Shown: positions 53,946 to 63,578 of the stretch, piece by piece
How the letters are laid out: each line of letters starts with the position of its first letter
Numbering within the stretch: the first letter of the stretch is position 1
NCBI GenBank assembly: GCA_014727835.1
Contig: WJMT01000102.1
Coordinates: 660-64,659, forward strand
Source of the DNA: Candidatus Aminicenantes bacterium
GTDB taxonomy: Bacteria > Acidobacteriota > Aminicenantia > Aminicenantales > Aminicenantaceae
Direction: 5' to 3'
DNA length: 64,000 nucleotides
Translations under genes and position numbers: made by a program
The notes under the pieces: generated by a model
What the model was told of the DNA's origin: nothing
Databases searched by the model: none
What the model saw: only the letters and a program-made list of their open reading frames with translations

Positions 53946-54379
53946 GTCTTTGGTTCCTCCTTTTTTCCTGGTTTTGTGTCTTTGCTCTCAGGTCTGACCT
54001 GTTTCAGTTCTGAAGGAGGGGATTGAGGCATTTTATCAGTGGTCTGGCAGTTGGCTTCCAGAAAAGCGCCTTCTTCCACGATGAGTTTTGGCGTAATGAT
54101 AGTACCGATGACCTTTCCGCTTGAATGAACTTCTACTTTGTCTTTGGCTTGTATGGTTCCCTTCACTTCTCCGCTGACCAACACAGAACCGATTTTGATA
54201 TCTGCTTCCACTTTTCCATTGTCTCCGATCACTAAGCTGGATTCGGAATTTATGTTGCCTTTGAATCTTCCGTCCACTCGGAAAGATCCTTTAAATTCCA
54301 ATTCTCCGTTGAATTTTGTGTTTTTGTCAAAAAATCCTGTGATTTTTGTTTCATCAAATGATTGTTTTTTATCTTTCAT
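53942..54379 (-). CDS. bactofilin-family cytoskeletal protein
   Basis: Beta-helical DUF583 pattern (F.G.L.F.GSFRVDGRFKGNI.S.SSLVIGDNGKVEADIKIGSVLVSGEVKGTI) plus a Pro/Lys/Glu-rich tail. 4-nt overlaps with parB and kdsB. Confidence 0.85.
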   Translation of the reverse strand: MKDKKQSFDETKITGFFDKNTKFNGELEFKGSFRVDGRFKGNINSESSLVIGDNGKVEADIKIGSVLVSGEVKGTIQAKDKVEVHSSGKVIGTIITPKLIVEEGAFLEANCQTTDKMPQSPPSELKQVRPESKDTKPGKKEEPKT

Positions 54380-55224
54380 TGATAATCTCCTTTTATGATT
54401 TCGTATATTCTATTGAGTTCATCCAAAGAGTAATATCTGATCTTCAGAGTCCCTTTGTCGGAATTGCCGGATATGTTGACTTTGGTGCCTAAGATCTCAA
54501 TCAGTTCATCTCTCAAGGCCATCAAGTCAGGATCCATGGATTTGGTTGTTTTATTATCTTTTTGATTTTTGGATTGAGAGACGAGTTTTTCAATTTTTCG
54601 CACAGTCAATTTTTTAGAAATGATCTTTTTGGCCAGATTCTCTTGGCGCTCTGGGTTGTCAATAGAGATAATAGCCCTGGCATGCCCCATGGTGAGGTCT
54701 CCATTAGAAATCATTTTTTGGACACTGGGGGGAAGCTTTAAAAGCCGCATGTAATTGGCGACTGAAGCACGGTCTTTTCCGACTTTTTCCGCGATCTGTT
54801 CCTGAGTGAGCTCGAGTTCTTCAGCTAAGCGGTGGTATGCGGAAGCGATTTCCATGGGATTCAGATCTTCTCTCTGAAGATTTTCGACCAGTGAAGCTTC
54901 AATCTGCTGTTCCTCTTCCATAGCCCTTATCAGCACGGGAACCTTTTCCAGCCCTGCTTTTTGGGCGGCCCTCCATCTCCGTTCTCCCACGATGATTTTA
55001 AAATGATCTTGTTCCGGGACCGCCACAATGGGCTGAAGGATCCCTGTTTTCTTGATGGAATCAGCCAACTCCTGTATGGACTTGGAGTCAAAGTGTTTTC
55101 GAGGCTGATCAAAATTGGGCTTCAGCTTTTCTATGTCCAGGTCCAGAAATTTTTCCTCTTTGAGAATACCGTAGTCTTCGGGCAAGAAGGCCTTAAGTCC
55201 TTTTCCCAGTGCTTTCTTTTTCAT
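54376..55224 (-). CDS. parB: chromosome partitioning protein ParB
   Basis: ParB-box GERRWRAAQKAG, an HTH region, position after parA. Confidence 0.93.
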   Translation of the reverse strand: MKKKALGKGLKAFLPEDYGILKEEKFLDLDIEKLKPNFDQPRKHFDSKSIQELADSIKKTGILQPIVAVPEQDHFKIIVGERRWRAAQKAGLEKVPVLIRAMEEEQQIEASLVENLQREDLNPMEIASAYHRLAEELELTQEQIAEKVGKDRASVANYMRLLKLPPSVQKMISNGDLTMGHARAIISIDNPERQENLAKKIISKKLTVRKIEKLVSQSKNQKDNKTTKSMDPDLMALRDELIEILGTKVNISGNSDKGTLKIRYYSLDELNRIYEIIKGDYQ

Positions 55225-55976
55225 TTTTTAAGCATCTCCTGAGCCAAATTCAGATATGATTGGGCTCCTTTGGATTTGATATCATAAAGAAGAACCGGTT
55301 TTCCAAAACTGGGGGCTTCGGCGAGTTTCACTGTCCTGGGGATGATCACTTCGTAAACGATTTCTCCAAGGGTGTCTCGCATCTCATTAGCCACTTGTTT
55401 GGAAAGATTGGTCCTTTCATCATACATGGTCAGCACGATTCCTTCTATACTTAAGCAAGGATTCAGATAGGAGCGGACATCATCTAAGGTCTTTAAAAGC
55501 TCGGGCATCCCTTCCATACAAAAGAATTCAGTCTGCACAGGAATCAATATGGAGTCAGCTGCCGTGAGTGCATTGATAGTCAAAAATCCCAGGGAGGGAG
55601 GGCAGTCGATGAGGATGTAATTGAATCGGTTCCTTATTTTTTTGAGCGCTTCCAAGAGTCTCTTTTCCCGGTTGGTTTCCGAATGGATTTCAGCCTCAAA
55701 TCCAGATAATTCGGGAGAGCTGGGACAGATGTAAAAATTATCCAGCTCACAAGGAAGGATCTGATCCAAAAGCTCTTTGCCGTTCATCAGGGCTGGATAG
55801 ATTCCCCTGTTCCCCTGTTTATCAATACCCATTCCTGCAGTGGCCATACCCTGAGGATCAAAGTCAATAACCAGTATGCGCTTGTTTTTCAGGGCGAGGG
55901 AGGCTCCCAAGTTGATGGCTGTGGTGGTTTTGCCTACGCCTCCTTTTTGGTTGGCAACGGCTATGACTTTACTCAT
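55221..55976 (-). CDS. parA: chromosome partitioning ATPase ParA/Soj
   Basis: Deviant Walker A: IAVANQKGGVGKTTTAINL. Confidence 0.93.
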   Translation of the reverse strand: MSKVIAVANQKGGVGKTTTAINLGASLALKNKRILVIDFDPQGMATAGMGIDKQGNRGIYPALMNGKELLDQILPCELDNFYICPSSPELSGFEAEIHSETNREKRLLEALKKIRNRFNYILIDCPPSLGFLTINALTAADSILIPVQTEFFCMEGMPELLKTLDDVRSYLNPCLSIEGIVLTMYDERTNLSKQVANEMRDTLGEIVYEVIIPRTVKLAEAPSFGKPVLLYDIKSKGAQSYLNLAQEMLKK

Positions 55977-55984
55977 TGTTTTTT

Positions 55985-56000
55985 TGTTCCACGTGAAACA
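55985..56000. other. parS centromere-like site
   Basis: TGTTCCACGTGAAACA is 15/16 identical to the consensus parS palindrome TGTTTCACGTGAAACA. It sits 9 nt upstream of the parA start. Confidence 0.75.
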
Positions 56001-56076
56001 TGATAACCTGTGCTATTCACAAAAATTCATGAATAATCCAGGTTTCTAATTTATCATAATTGCGTTTCAATTACAC

Positions 56077-57927
56077 TCATATTTCGCTTTTTTTCTTTTT
56101 TTTTGCTTGAATTTGAATATAAATGTGGATATTGAGCACAGCTGCCGGAGTCATTCCCGGTATTTGTTTTGCTTCTCCGATGGTTTTTGGATGAAATCTT
56201 TGGAGTTTTTCAATCACTTCTGCAGTCAGCCCTGGGATGGTTTCAAAATCAAGGTCTGGAGGAATTTTTTGGGGATTGATTTTCTTTATTTTTTGGATTT
56301 CTTTGTCTTGCTTTTTGATGTATCCTTCGTATTTGATTTCAGATTCGATATATCTCATCTCTTCATCGGATAAGTTTTCAAGACCGGTTTGGTTTCTTGT
56401 GATATCCTTTAATGTCACTTCTGGTTTCTTAAGGTATTGTTTTAAGGAAAGGGATTCACCGCTTTCTGTCTTTGTTTTCCGGGAGTTCAAGAAAGAAAGG
56501 GCCTTGTTGATCCGTTTGTTTTTTTCCAAAAAGGCTTTGTATTCCTTTTCAGAGATCAACCCAAGCTGTTTTCCTTGATGAATGAGCCGTTGGTCTGCAT
56601 TATCGATCCGTAACTGCAGCCTGTACTCTGCTCTGGACGTGAACAGCCTGTAGGGTTCTTCCACTCCTTTGGTGATGAGGTCGTCAATGAGAACACCGAT
56701 ATAGGCTTCATGCCTCTGCAGTACAAACGGCTCTTGGTCTTTGATCTTTAGGGCCGCGTTGATTCCGGCCATCAGTCCTTGAGCTGCGGCCTCTTCATAT
56801 CCAGAGGTGCCGTTGATTTGGCCTGCCAGAAAGAGGTTTTCAATGTTTTTGGTCTCTAATGTGGGGTACAGATGGGTGGGCGAAACTGCATCATACTCAA
56901 TGGCGTAGGCGGGCCTCAATATGGTCGCTTGATCAAGCCCTGGTATGCTCTCTAACAATTGGGTCTGAGCTTCCAGGGGAAGACTGGTTGATATCCCATT
57001 GATATACACCTCTGCTGTATCCAGGCCTTCGGGTTCCAGAAAAAATTGATGTCGCTCGTGATGTGGGAATTGGATGACTTTGACTTCAATGGAAGGGCAG
57101 TACCTGGGACCGATCCCAGTGATTTTTCCGCTGTAAAGAGGGGATTGGTCCAAATATTGATGGATGATCTCATGAGTTCTGGTGTTGGTGTGGCCAATAT
57201 GGCATTTGATTTTGTTTTGGAGGTTTTTTTGGGTGCGAAACGAAAAAGGAACTGGATTTTTGTCACCGGCCTGAGGTTTGAACTGATCCCAAGCGATCGT
57301 ATCTCTGTGGAGTCTCATGGGAGTGCCGGTTTTTAAGCGAAAGGTCTTGAGTCCGATTTGTTTCAGATGCTCGGCCAGTTTACAGGAGGCTGGCTCATTG
57401 GCCCTTCCTGATGGGTAATGGGTGAGGCCGATGTGGACCCGTCCATTAAGAAAGGTTCCTGGTGTGAGCACAACCGTTCTGGCATTGATGGTGTGGCCTT
57501 CTTTGGTGGTGATTCCACAGACTCTGTTTTTTTGGATTTTTATTTCATCTGCGATTCCCTGAAACAGGGATAGATTTGTCGTGTTTTCCAGCCAGGATTT
57601 CATAGTTGTCCTGTAAAGCATTTTATCAGACTGAGCTCTGGGAGCATGGACAGCTCCTCCCCTGCTTTTATTCAGCAGTCTGAACTGGATTCCGGTCTCG
57701 TCTGCTAACAAACCCATGATCCCGCCCAGAGAATCAATCTCTCTGACCAGATGGCCTTTGGCCAGTCCTCCTATTGCTGGATTGCAGGACATCTGAGCAA
57801 TGGTCTCAAGATTGATGGTGATGAGACAGGTTTTCATGCCCATTTGACTGGCTGCATGAGCTGCTTCGCATCCGGCATGCCCTCCGCCGATGACAACAAC
57901 GTCAAATGAAGTTTTGGCGTTCATCAT
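56077..57927 (-). CDS. mnmG: tRNA uridine 5-carboxymethylaminomethyl modification enzyme MnmG (GidA)
   Basis: [16 protein letters not shown], long GidA core and C-terminal domain. Start is one of the ATGs at 57927/57924, preceded by AGGAG; the track start at 57948 is less likely. Confidence 0.95.
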   Translation of the reverse strand: MMNAKTSFDVVVIGGGHAGCEAAHAASQMGMKTCLITINLETIAQMSCNPAIGGLAKGHLVREIDSLGGIMGLLADETGIQFRLLNKSRGGAVHAPRAQSDKMLYRTTMKSWLENTTNLSLFQGIADEIKIQKNRVCGITTKEGHTINARTVVLTPGTFLNGRVHIGLTHYPSGRANEPASCKLAEHLKQIGLKTFRLKTGTPMRLHRDTIAWDQFKPQAGDKNPVPFSFRTQKNLQNKIKCHIGHTNTRTHEIIHQYLDQSPLYSGKITGIGPRYCPSIEVKVIQFPHHERHQFFLEPEGLDTAEVYINGISTSLPLEAQTQLLESIPGLDQATILRPAYAIEYDAVSPTHLYPTLETKNIENLFLAGQINGTSGYEEAAAQGLMAGINAALKIKDQEPFVLQRHEAYIGVLIDDLITKGVEEPYRLFTSRAEYRLQLRIDNADQRLIHQGKQLGLISEKEYKAFLEKNKRINKALSFLNSRKTKTESGESLSLKQYLKKPEVTLKDITRNQTGLENLSDEEMRYIESEIKYEGYIKKQDKEIQKIKKINPQKIPPDLDFETIPGLTAEVIEKLQRFHPKTIGEAKQIPGMTPAAVLNIHIYIQIQAKKKKKSEI

Positions 57928-57932
57928 CACTC

Positions 57933-59300
57933 CTATTTGCCAATACAAAAACGGCTGAATATTTTTTTGATGATATCATCACTGCGGATATCTCCGGTGA
58001 GCTGATTGAGAAGAGGGATGGACCCGCGAATTTCTTCAGCACAGATTTCTTCTGGATGGCCTTGCCCAAGCATATCTTTTCCGGACCTCAGTGCTTTGAG
58101 AATATCTTCAAGCAGGAGTTTTTGATGCAGATGGAGGATGGTCTCTTGGTCTGTTTCCGCTTTTTTGGCGAATTCAGAATAAATCGTTTCCCTGAGTTTA
58201 TTGATATTGGATTTTTTGAGGGCAGATACTCGGACGGCTGTCCGGTTTGGAGCTAGGGAACTCATCTTTTCTATATTCATTTTCACTGGAAGGTCTGTTT
58301 TGTTGAAGATCAGGATTGTTTTCTTTGTGTTGTGTGTTGTTACTAGCCGGAAGTCTTCCTGTGTCTCCTTTTGGGAGCAGTCAAACACCAGAAGGATGGC
58401 ATCCGATTTTCTGGCGAGCTGTTTGCTTTTTTTTATTCCTTCTTTTTCTATGGGGTGTTTTGGTTTATCCCGGCCGGCCAAATCAAGCAAAGTGAAAATA
58501 GAATCTTTGATCTTGATGGGTTCTGAAAGGTAATCTCTGGTTGTTCCGGGAAAGGGTGTGACAATGGCTCTTTTACTCTGGAGAAGGGCATTGAATAGAG
58601 TTGACTTCCCCACATTTGTTCTTCCGACAATGGCTATTTTTAAGCCTTCAGACAAGGATTTTCCCAAATCATAGCTTTGAATCAGTTTTTTTACGGAATC
58701 AATGGTTTTTTGGAGGGAGAGGGATATGGATTTCAAAGAAAGATTTAAGTTTTCATCCGGGAATTCAATACGGGCTTCTATTTGGGAGAGTGTATCAATG
58801 AGGCGGCTTCTGATTGCATTTAATTTCGCTGATAGAATGCCGTCCATCTGTTGGTAAGAAATTTTAGCCTGCTTCAAGGAGGAGGCACGAATAAAGTCAT
58901 TGATGGCTTCGGCCTGTATGATGTCGATTCTTCCATTCAGATAAGCTCTCAGTGTGAATTCTCCGGGTTTTGCATGCGTTGCTCCGTGTTTGATTCCAAT
59001 GCGTACGATCTCTTCCAGAACCACAGGACTTCCATGACAGCTGATTTCCACCATATCCTCAGTGGTGTAGGAGAAAGGAGAAGGGAAATAGGTCAAAAAA
59101 GCTTGTTCAAAGCTCTCGTCATCTTCAGGGTCACAAATGGTCCCTAACAGAGCTGTTCTTGGTTTTATGTCATTGTTTTTGCCTAAGGGTGTGAATATTT
59201 TTTGTGCGATTTCCAGTGATTTTTTTCCGCTCAGACGAACCACACCAATCCCACCAAATCCAAACGGAGTTGATATGGCGATGATGGTGTGTTCAAACAT
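57933..59300 (-). CDS. mnmE: tRNA modification GTPase MnmE (TrmE)
   Basis: G1 motif [27 protein letters not shown]-terminal CIGK. Confidence 0.94.
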   Translation of the reverse strand: MFEHTIIAISTPFGFGGIGVVRLSGKKSLEIAQKIFTPLGKNNDIKPRTALLGTICDPEDDESFEQAFLTYFPSPFSYTTEDMVEISCHGSPVVLEEIVRIGIKHGATHAKPGEFTLRAYLNGRIDIIQAEAINDFIRASSLKQAKISYQQMDGILSAKLNAIRSRLIDTLSQIEARIEFPDENLNLSLKSISLSLQKTIDSVKKLIQSYDLGKSLSEGLKIAIVGRTNVGKSTLFNALLQSKRAIVTPFPGTTRDYLSEPIKIKDSIFTLLDLAGRDKPKHPIEKEGIKKSKQLARKSDAILLVFDCSQKETQEDFRLVTTHNTKKTILIFNKTDLPVKMNIEKMSSLAPNRTAVRVSALKKSNINKLRETIYSEFAKKAETDQETILHLHQKLLLEDILKALRSGKDMLGQGHPEEICAEEIRGSIPLLNQLTGDIRSDDIIKKIFSRFCIGK

Positions 59301-59385
59301 TCTTCTATTTTAGAATGGAAAATAAAAACATTCAACTTGAGTTCGAATTGTTGCAGCGGCAAAAATAGGGATTCAGAGGAAAAGG

Positions 59386-60015
59386 CTATTTTTTCTTTTG
59401 ATAGACTTTGATTTTTTTCATAAAGCCGTTGCCCAGGCTTTCAGTAGATAAGCCGGGGATTTGGTTGACGGTTATATGCACAAGTCTTCTTTTATACGGA
59501 TTCATAGGATCCAGGATTTCATTTCTTCCGGATTCTTTGACTTTGCGGGCCACATGATGAACATAATCTTTCAGCTCCCTTTCCTTCCTTTTTTTGAAAT
59601 GATTGCAGTCTGTCTGGACCTTTTCCGGAGAGACCTTGTTGAGAATGTGCTGAAGCGCTAATAAAAGAGCTCCGTCTTTTTGAAGAAGAAAATGTTTGTC
59701 CGGACCTTCAAATATAAAGTACCGGATGTTGTGGTTTTTCTTTGTTTTGTATTTGATGTCCAGAGGAAGAGAAGACAGCAATTGATCCAAAAATTCATTT
59801 GTTTGGGAGGGTTTCTTTGATTTCGGGGCTTTGGGCCACGCCTTTATGACAATTTCTTTGGTTTTGATTCCAAAGAGCTTTGTCTTTTCCGCCACAATTT
59901 CATAATTGAATTGGGACCGGGGAATTTTAAGCACATGCTCGGCATGGCTGATCACATCTTCCAGGTTTCTTCCCTTAAATTCCTTTTTTTGATTATTTTT
60001 TTCTTCGTTTGCCAT
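59386..60015 (-). CDS. Jag/KhpB-like RNA-binding protein (KH plus R3H domains)
   Basis: Position after yidC. C-terminal R3H-like segment LDPMNPYKRRLVHITV. Confidence 0.85.
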   Translation of the reverse strand: MANEEKNNQKKEFKGRNLEDVISHAEHVLKIPRSQFNYEIVAEKTKLFGIKTKEIVIKAWPKAPKSKKPSQTNEFLDQLLSSLPLDIKYKTKKNHNIRYFIFEGPDKHFLLQKDGALLLALQHILNKVSPEKVQTDCNHFKKRKERELKDYVHHVARKVKESGRNEILDPMNPYKRRLVHITVNQIPGLSTESLGNGFMKKIKVYQKKK

Positions 60016-61624
60016 CTGATTCCTTCTTTTTCGTAAGTCGGTTTGTAATGTATTGCTGTCCTATCTGGAGGATATTATTGGTCAGCCAGTAGAGAACAAG
60101 TCCGCTTTGGAAATTCATAAAAAATATGGTCATGATGACCGGCATGATGAGCATCATCTTTTTTTGAGTGGGATCACCCGCGGTAGGCGTCATCTTCTGG
60201 CTGATGAATTGAGTGATCCCCATCAAAATGGGTGTGATGTAATAAGGGTCTTTGACAGAAAGGTCTTGAATCCAGAAAATGAACGGACTGTGTCTGAATT
60301 CTATGGCCACCACTAAGAGGCGGAAAAATCCCCAAAAAATAGGAAGTTGAATCAGGATGGGGAGGCATCCTCCGGCAGGATTGACTCCATGTTCTTTGTA
60401 CAGTTTCATGGTCTCTTCATTGAGCTTTCGCCTCTGGTCAATATCTTTTTTTGCTTTTTTGTATTTGGACCGGATGGCCTTTATTTTTGGCTGGAGTTCC
60501 TGCATCTTAGCCATGGACTTCGTGCTGCTATATGTGAGAGGGAAAAATAAAATTTTTATGACTAGAGTGAGGATGATGATGCTGAATCCCCAGTTCGGAA
60601 CAGCTTGATGCACGATTTTTATGGCTTTATATAAAATCTCTGATATAAATCCGAAGAGGCCGAACTTGATCAGTTTTTTGCTGTCATGGCCTAACTCCGA
60701 AAGGATATCATATCTTTTGGGTCCTATATATGCTTTTTGGACATGATCAGCTGTGAGAAAGAAATAAGGATTTTCATTGACTTCCTGTTTGATGAATGCG
60801 GCGCTGGTCTTCTGAGGGTTGGTAATAAAGATGGACGTGAAATACTGACTATCATAGCCAGCCCATTGGACAAAGTTATATGTGCTTTTTTCTTCATCAA
60901 ACTTCTCTTCCTGGTTCCGGTTCACTTTTCCTCCGGCATACACAGCCACTCCCTTTTGTTGGCCGAATCTCTTTTGTTTGGCTTGTGTGGTCAAATTGCC
61001 AAAAGAGGGGCCCCAGACAAGGTCGGGTTCGATTTTCTGGTTGTTTTTCCACAGGTTTATCTGGATATCAATGAGATAGCTTCCATCATGAAAAGTTAAA
61101 ATCTTTTCTACTTTGTTGCCTTGCTCATCTGCAAAGGTCAATCGGAGTTCCTGGGACTCTCCATTAGCGAGTCGGACTTGAGTGGTGGAAGTTTTGAATA
61201 AAGCCCTGTTGATCAAATCATCAAAAGCAGAGTCTTCTGTTTTCAGGGAAAAGGGATACCGATTGATTTCTTTGGCTTTGTCTGATATCAGCTCCACCTG
61301 GCTTCCCAACTCGTTTTTATATTCCATCAACGTCCATTTCTTGAGAACCGCTCCTTTGGTACTCCATACTGAGGTGTAAAGAGACGTCTGGATGATGACT
61401 TCTTTTTCTCTCTCCCCTGAAACAGGACGGATGTCTTGTTTTTGAACAGGTTTGATTTGGAGAGACTTCTCTTTTTCAGGAGGTGTCTCAATGACTTCAG
61501 GTTCTTTTTGAGTGATTGTTTTCTGAGGCGTTTCTGTTTGAGGCCCTTGTTTGACAAAAATAGCTTGATAGAGGAATAAAATCAAAAACGAGATGACAAT
61601 GGCGATGAGTAGTCTTTTTTCCAT
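59993..61624 (-). CDS. yidC: membrane protein insertase YidC
   Basis: N-terminal TM, large periplasmic domain, and a conserved C-terminal 5-TM core (PLTYSSTKSMAKMQELQPK, GCLPILIQLPIFWGFF). Confidence 0.93.
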   Translation of the reverse strand: MEKRLLIAIVISFLILFLYQAIFVKQGPQTETPQKTITQKEPEVIETPPEKEKSLQIKPVQKQDIRPVSGEREKEVIIQTSLYTSVWSTKGAVLKKWTLMEYKNELGSQVELISDKAKEINRYPFSLKTEDSAFDDLINRALFKTSTTQVRLANGESQELRLTFADEQGNKVEKILTFHDGSYLIDIQINLWKNNQKIEPDLVWGPSFGNLTTQAKQKRFGQQKGVAVYAGGKVNRNQEEKFDEEKSTYNFVQWAGYDSQYFTSIFITNPQKTSAAFIKQEVNENPYFFLTADHVQKAYIGPKRYDILSELGHDSKKLIKFGLFGFISEILYKAIKIVHQAVPNWGFSIIILTLVIKILFFPLTYSSTKSMAKMQELQPKIKAIRSKYKKAKKDIDQRRKLNEETMKLYKEHGVNPAGGCLPILIQLPIFWGFFRLLVVAIEFRHSPFIFWIQDLSVKDPYYITPILMGITQFISQKMTPTAGDPTQKKMMLIMPVIMTIFFMNFQSGLVLYWLTNNILQIGQQYITNRLTKKKESDGKRRKK

Positions 61625-61636
61625 GTTTATATCCTT

Positions 61637-61846
61637 TTAAGGGACAGGATCCACTCCTCCATCATGAAAAGGGTGGCATTTGAGGAGTCGTTTGATACCT
61701 AAAAAAATCCCTTTTGTGGGTCCGTATTTTTCTATGGCCTGATAGGTATATGAGGAGCAAGAGGGGTAAAACCGGCAGTGATTTCCTAAAAACGGAGAGA
61801 CAAAACGTTTGTATTGACGGAGAACACATAAGATCGCTTTTTTCAT
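61637..61846 (-). CDS. yidD: membrane protein insertion efficiency factor YidD
   Basis: [19 protein letters not shown]; 69 aa. Confidence 0.9.
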   Translation of the reverse strand: MKKAILCVLRQYKRFVSPFLGNHCRFYPSCSSYTYQAIEKYGPTKGIFLGIKRLLKCHPFHDGGVDPVP

Positions 61847-62199
61847 TGCATCAATGACTTTTGGTTTATATGTTTTATGGCTTTGGTATAATCTTTTTCA
61901 AGGATTTTCCAGGAAGCATTAAAAATGCTTTCCCTTGCAATAATGATGAGATCTGTAGATCTTTTCAACAGTCCTTTGTTTCTCCGGAAGAGATCTCTGA
62001 TCCATCTTTTGGCTTTATTCCTCTTTACAGCACTTCCGATTCTTTTACCAGCCACTGCAGCCAATCTTGAGTGTTTGTATTCATTTGCCAGATAGATGAT
62101 TCTGAAGTGTTTTCCTGTGTATCGATTTCCATTTTTATAGAGAAATGAAAACTCCCTTTTTTTTTTGATCCTTTCTTTAGAACTGATGGACTCGTCCAT
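61843..62199 (-). CDS. rnpA: ribonuclease P protein component
   Basis: Basic 118-aa protein immediately after rpmH, with [18 protein letters not shown] (RNR-like motif). Confidence 0.88.
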   Translation of the reverse strand: MDESISSKERIKKKREFSFLYKNGNRYTGKHFRIIYLANEYKHSRLAAVAGKRIGSAVKRNKAKRWIRDLFRRNKGLLKRSTDLIIIARESIFNASWKILEKDYTKAIKHINQKSLMQ

Positions 62200-62333
62200 T
62201 AAACAGAAAGTTTCTTTCTGCCTTTTTTCCGTCTATTATTTATGACGTTGCGTCCACTTTTTTTCTTCATCCTGGTAAGGAATCCGTGTTTTTTCTTTCT
62301 TTTTCTTTTGTTGGGTTGATATGTTCTCTTCAT
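62199..62333 (-). CDS. rpmH: 50S ribosomal protein L34
   Basis: [44 protein letters not shown], 44 aa. The track ORF is extended upstream artificially. Its stop overlaps the rnpA ATG by 1 nt. Confidence 0.93.
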   Translation of the reverse strand: MKRTYQPNKRKRKKKHGFLTRMKKKSGRNVINNRRKKGRKKLSV

Positions 62334-62373
62334 CTTCTTTATCTTCTGTTCTTGATTGTTGGTTTGGATAAGT

Positions 62374-62402
62374 ATGTTAATAAACAATACCATATCTGTC
62401 AA
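62374..62402 (-). promoter_or_regulatory. possible sigma70-like promoter for rpmH
   Basis: Minus strand: TTGACA (62402-62397), 17-nt spacer, TAACAT (62379-62374). The -10 box is weak. Confidence 0.3.
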
Positions 62403-62428
62403 GCTTGTTTTCAGACCGGATATTTCAT

Positions 62429-62457
62429 TTGACTCCAATAAGAGGATTTATTATAAT
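62429..62457 (+). promoter_or_regulatory. strong sigma70-like promoter for carD
   Basis: TTGACT (62429-62434), 17-nt spacer, TATAAT (62452-62457). The ATG at 62469 is only 11 nt past the -10 box. Confidence 0.5.
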
Positions 62458-62468
62458 TTTTACTAAAT

Positions 62469-62987
62469 ATGTACTACTTATCGATAGGAGATAAAGTCAT
62501 ATATCCCAACCAGGGGATTGGGATCGTGGAAGACATACAGAAGCAAGAATTGTACGGCGTGGAATCCCGAGTTTGCCGCGTGCGGATCGTTTCCAATGAT
62601 ACACTTGTCTTGATACCGTATTCAAGTATTGAAGAGATGGGCATTCGAAAACTGGTGAGTGAAGAGAAAGTGGAAAAAATTTATGACTTCATGAAAAACG
62701 GGATCATTGATGTGAGTAAAAATTGGAAAGGAAGGCACAAAGAACATGAAGACCTGATGAAAACAGGTTCTCTGCGGGATCTCGCTTGTGTTTTGAAAAG
62801 TCTGTATTATTTGAATCTCACCAAACCCTTATCTTTCCGAGAGAAAAAAATGATGGAAAAGGCCAAGGGACTGCTTGTCTCTGAGATTTCAGAAGTCAGT
62901 GAGGAGACAAGAGAAGAGGTTGAAGAAAAAGTTTTCAGGAATCTATCGATTTGTTTTAAAGATATCACTCCCCGGATGGATTCCTGA
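62469..62987 (+). CDS. carD: CarD/CdnL-family RNA polymerase-binding transcription factor
   Basis: N-terminal Tudor-like segment GDKVIYPNQGIGIVEDI; length about 170 aa. Confidence 0.88.
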   Translation: MYYLSIGDKVIYPNQGIGIVEDIQKQELYGVESRVCRVRIVSNDTLVLIPYSSIEEMGIRKLVSEEKVEKIYDFMKNGIIDVSKNWKGRHKEHEDLMKTGSLRDLACVLKSLYYLNLTKPLSFREKKMMEKAKGLLVSEISEVSEETREEVEEKVFRNLSICFKDITPRMDS

Positions 62988-63099
62988 ATAAAGAATTATT
63001 AACACCAAACCTGTTTATTTCCGGATCAAAAATTTTTATGTTATAAATGATTGACTTTCAAATCGGTTGATTTGAGGGAGACATCAAAGGCGGTCTCAT

Positions 63100-63552
63100 A
63101 TGAGAGTGGTGGCAAAAAACAAAAAAGCTTTTTTCAATTATGATATTGTTGACACTTATGAGGCAGGGATTTCACTGACAGGGAGTGAGGTTAAGTCTAT
63201 AAGAGAAGGAAAAATCAGCATTAAAGAAAGTTATGTCACCATTAAGGACGGAGAGGTGTTTTTGATCAATTGTCATATCAGTCATTATGAAGCTGCCAAT
63301 CTTCTCAATCACAAAACACGGAGGGACCGAAAACTGCTGCTTCACAGACAGGAAATCAAACGCCTGACCGGAAAGATCAAACAAAAAGGACTGACCATCA
63401 TTCCCACCAAAGTGGTGATCAATGAGAGAGGACTCATCAAGGTCCAAATCTCTTTGGCAAAGGGGAAAAGACTTTATGAAAAAAGAGAGACCATCAAAGA
63501 AAGAGACCGAGAAAGAGATATGAGAGCTCAATTGAAAAGGTACCAAAAATAA
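63100..63552 (+). CDS. smpB: SsrA-binding protein
   Basis: NKKAFFNYDIVDTYEAGISLTGSEVKSIR, with a basic C-terminal tail. Confidence 0.94.
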   Translation: MRVVAKNKKAFFNYDIVDTYEAGISLTGSEVKSIREGKISIKESYVTIKDGEVFLINCHISHYEAANLLNHKTRRDRKLLLHRQEIKRLTGKIKQKGLTIIPTKVVINERGLIKVQISLAKGKRLYEKRETIKERDRERDMRAQLKRYQK

Positions 63553-63578
63553 AAAAATGGCCAGCAAAAGAGGAAAAC

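Noticed and set aside
62334-62468. oriC in the rpmH-carD spacer, or in the mnmG-parA spacer at 55977-56076
   Set aside because: I found only single degenerate DnaA-box-like 9-mers (TTTGGATAA, CTATTCACA). There is no cluster of boxes and no obvious AT-rich unwinding repeats, and both spacers are at most 135 nt. A GTGGATAAC at about 49847 lies inside kdsD coding sequence. The evidence is insufficient to call an origin.
62988-63099. tmRNA (ssrA) next to smpB
   Set aside because: The flanking gaps (112 nt upstream, 26 nt downstream) are too short for a roughly 350-nt tmRNA, and no tRNA-like acceptor end was seen.
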